Positions 62,901 through 64,000 of a DNA stretch of 64,000 nt are shown here, piece by piece (the stretch's first letter is position 1; the number at the start of each line of letters is the position of its first letter). A program made the translations under genes and the position numbers. The stretch is from Corallococcus exercitus. Lineage in GTDB: Bacteria > Myxococcota > Myxococcia > Myxococcales > Myxococcaceae. A model generated the notes under the pieces. That model did no database searches and was not told the origin of the DNA. It saw nothing but the letters and a program-made list of their open reading frames with translations. The stretch spans positions 2,911,281 through 2,975,280 of the forward strand of contig NZ_CP102577.1 of the NCBI RefSeq assembly GCF_042231735.1, read 5' to 3'.

Positions 62901-63794
62901 ATGTCCCTGCTTCCCGACGACTTCGCGTACCTGCGGCAGCGCGTGCTGCGCCGCTCCGGGCTCGTGCTGGAGCCCGACACGTACGCGCTGGTGGAGACGC
63001 GGCTCACGTCGCTCATGCGCGAGGAGCGCCTGCCGGACCTCTCCTCCCTCGTCGCGCGGCTGCGCTCACAGCCGGAGAGCAGCCCGCTCCACCAGCGGCT
63101 GGCGGAGGCGCTGGCCAACCACGAGACGGCCTTCTTCCGCGACGCGCCCGTGTTCGACGCCCTGCGCACCACGGTCCTGCCCGCCCTGCTGGCGAAGCGC
63201 TCCCGCACGCGGACGCTGCGCATCTGGTGCGCGGCGTGCGCCTACGGCCAGGAGCCCTACAGCGTGGCGATGACGCTGGCGGAGGCCGGGCTGCTGATCA
63301 CCGGATGGACGGTGCGCATCCTCGCCACCGACTTCTCCACCCGCGCGCTCGTGCGCGCCAGCGAGGCCCGCTACGACGCGCAGGAGATCCACCGGGGCCT
63401 GACGCCCGAGCTGCGCCAGCGCTACTTCCACCAGGAGCGAGACGGGTGGCGGCTGAGCGAACAGGTCCGCAGGCCGGTGGAGTTCCGGCCGCTCAACCTG
63501 ATGGACGACTTCCCACCGGAAGCGCCCGTGGACCTCGTCTTCCTTCGCAACGTGATGATCTACTGGGACGTGCCCACCCGGCGCGCGGTGCTCGCCCGCG
63601 TGCGGCGGATGCTCCACGCGGATGGCTACCTGGTGCTGGGCGCCGCGGAGGCCTCGCCCCTGGTGGAGGATGGCTTCACGCGGCACCTGATTGGACAGAC
63701 CAGCTGGTACCGCCCCACGCCCGCCTCCCACGCCAGCGCGGGCGCGCCGGTGGAGGACGCGCCGCGCCCGCCCCGCTCCGGCGCTAGACCTTGA
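62901..63794 (+). CDS. cheR: Chemotaxis methyltransferase CheR
   Basis: ETAFFRD, RIWCAACAYGQEPYSVAM, LRNVMIYWD SAM-MTase motifs. Confidence 0.9.
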   Translation: MSLLPDDFAYLRQRVLRRSGLVLEPDTYALVETRLTSLMREERLPDLSSLVARLRSQPESSPLHQRLAEALANHETAFFRDAPVFDALRTTVLPALLAKRSRTRTLRIWCAACAYGQEPYSVAMTLAEAGLLITGWTVRILATDFSTRALVRASEARYDAQEIHRGLTPELRQRYFHQERDGWRLSEQVRRPVEFRPLNLMDDFPPEAPVDLVFLRNVMIYWDVPTRRAVLARVRRMLHADGYLVLGAAEASPLVEDGFTRHLIGQTSWYRPTPASHASAGAPVEDAPRPPRSGARP

Positions 63795-64000
63795 GGCGGA
63801 TGGCGCCGGGCAACATCGTCATGGTGCACGGCAGCCGGCCCGGCGTCTCGCCGTCCACGTCCAGGAACACGTCGCCGTCCTCCGACTCCGCGTGGATCGT
63901 GCGGCAGCGCAGCCGCCGCGTGCCCTTCCAGGTGACGTGGTCGCCGTTGTAGACGCCCTTGGACTTGAGCACGAAGTCGGACAGTCCGTAGTTGGACCAG
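63784..64000 (-). CDS. Diacylglycerol-kinase-family lipid kinase, C-terminal fragment (N-terminus beyond window end)
   Basis: Reverse-strand reading frame open to window end; ...VFLDVDGETPGRLPCTMTMLPGAIRLKV resembles YegS/DAGK C-terminal strand. Confidence 0.45.
   Translation of the reverse strand, partial: WSNYGLSDFVLKSKGVYNGDHVTWKGTRRLRCRTIHAESEDGDVFLDVDGETPGRLPCTMTMLPGAIRLKV

Overview
High-GC (~70%) myxobacterial chromosome segment with no rRNA, CRISPR array, IS element or convincing tRNA visible. By my recollection of published Myxococcus xanthus loci (not a database result), gene order and content match the DK1622 neighbourhood around the bacNOP-padC bactofilin operon. The window is densely coding with about 59 supportable CDS, many joined by 1-4 nt stop/start overlaps (ATGA/GTGA/TGATG) indicating long operons.

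Annotated features, in order:
- TPR protein (partial), SLT lytic transglycosylase, nadB, rhomboid protease, LOG-family protein, lipoprotein, pyrE.
- padC-bacP-bacO-bacN: three bactofilins plus a ParB-like adaptor.
- alpha/beta hydrolase, a large TPR protein, a hybrid histidine kinase with a degenerate GGDEF-like C-terminus, and a lipoprotein.
- tlyA-dxs-ispA-(CheY-like receiver)-xseB-xseA operon.
- A 15-kb minus-strand operon (21.5-36.7 kb): two FHA-domain proteins with Pro-rich tandem repeats, TadC/TadB-like platform proteins, CpaB, a Flp-like pilin, an ECF sigma/anti-sigma pair, DUF2085, two orphan Opp/Dpp-type ABC ATPases, two paralogous standalone MshEN (GspE-N, c-di-GMP-binding type) domain proteins, and a lipoprotein. 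The core resembles the Tad-like 'Kil' contact-dependent killing apparatus of M. xanthus. The accessory genes have no assigned role.
- ExbB/ExbD pair, an acyl-CoA dehydrogenase with a split MaoC hotdog pair, a DapB-like reductase, an HD-GYP response regulator, and a HEAT-repeat-cyclophilin lipoprotein.
- Zinc-ribbon membrane protein, MoxR AAA+ ATPase with its DUF58/vWA partner, a RapA-like SNF2 helicase, an Smr protein, DUF72, and a PAS-LuxR regulator.
- A chemosensory cluster: cheA (two CheW-like domains), cheW, a soluble MCP with an N-terminal truncated haemoglobin (2/2 Hb) and two PAS domains, an ABC1/UbiB kinase, an ABM monooxygenase, cheB, cheR; then a partial DAG-kinase-family gene at the window end.

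Most interesting:
(a) The Tad/Kil-like operon with its unexplained MshEN/ABC-ATPase/ECF accessory set.
(b) The truncated-haemoglobin-coupled chemoreceptor next to an ABM monooxygenase.
(c) A c-di-GMP theme running through the window: degenerate GGDEF, two MshEN proteins, HD-GYP.
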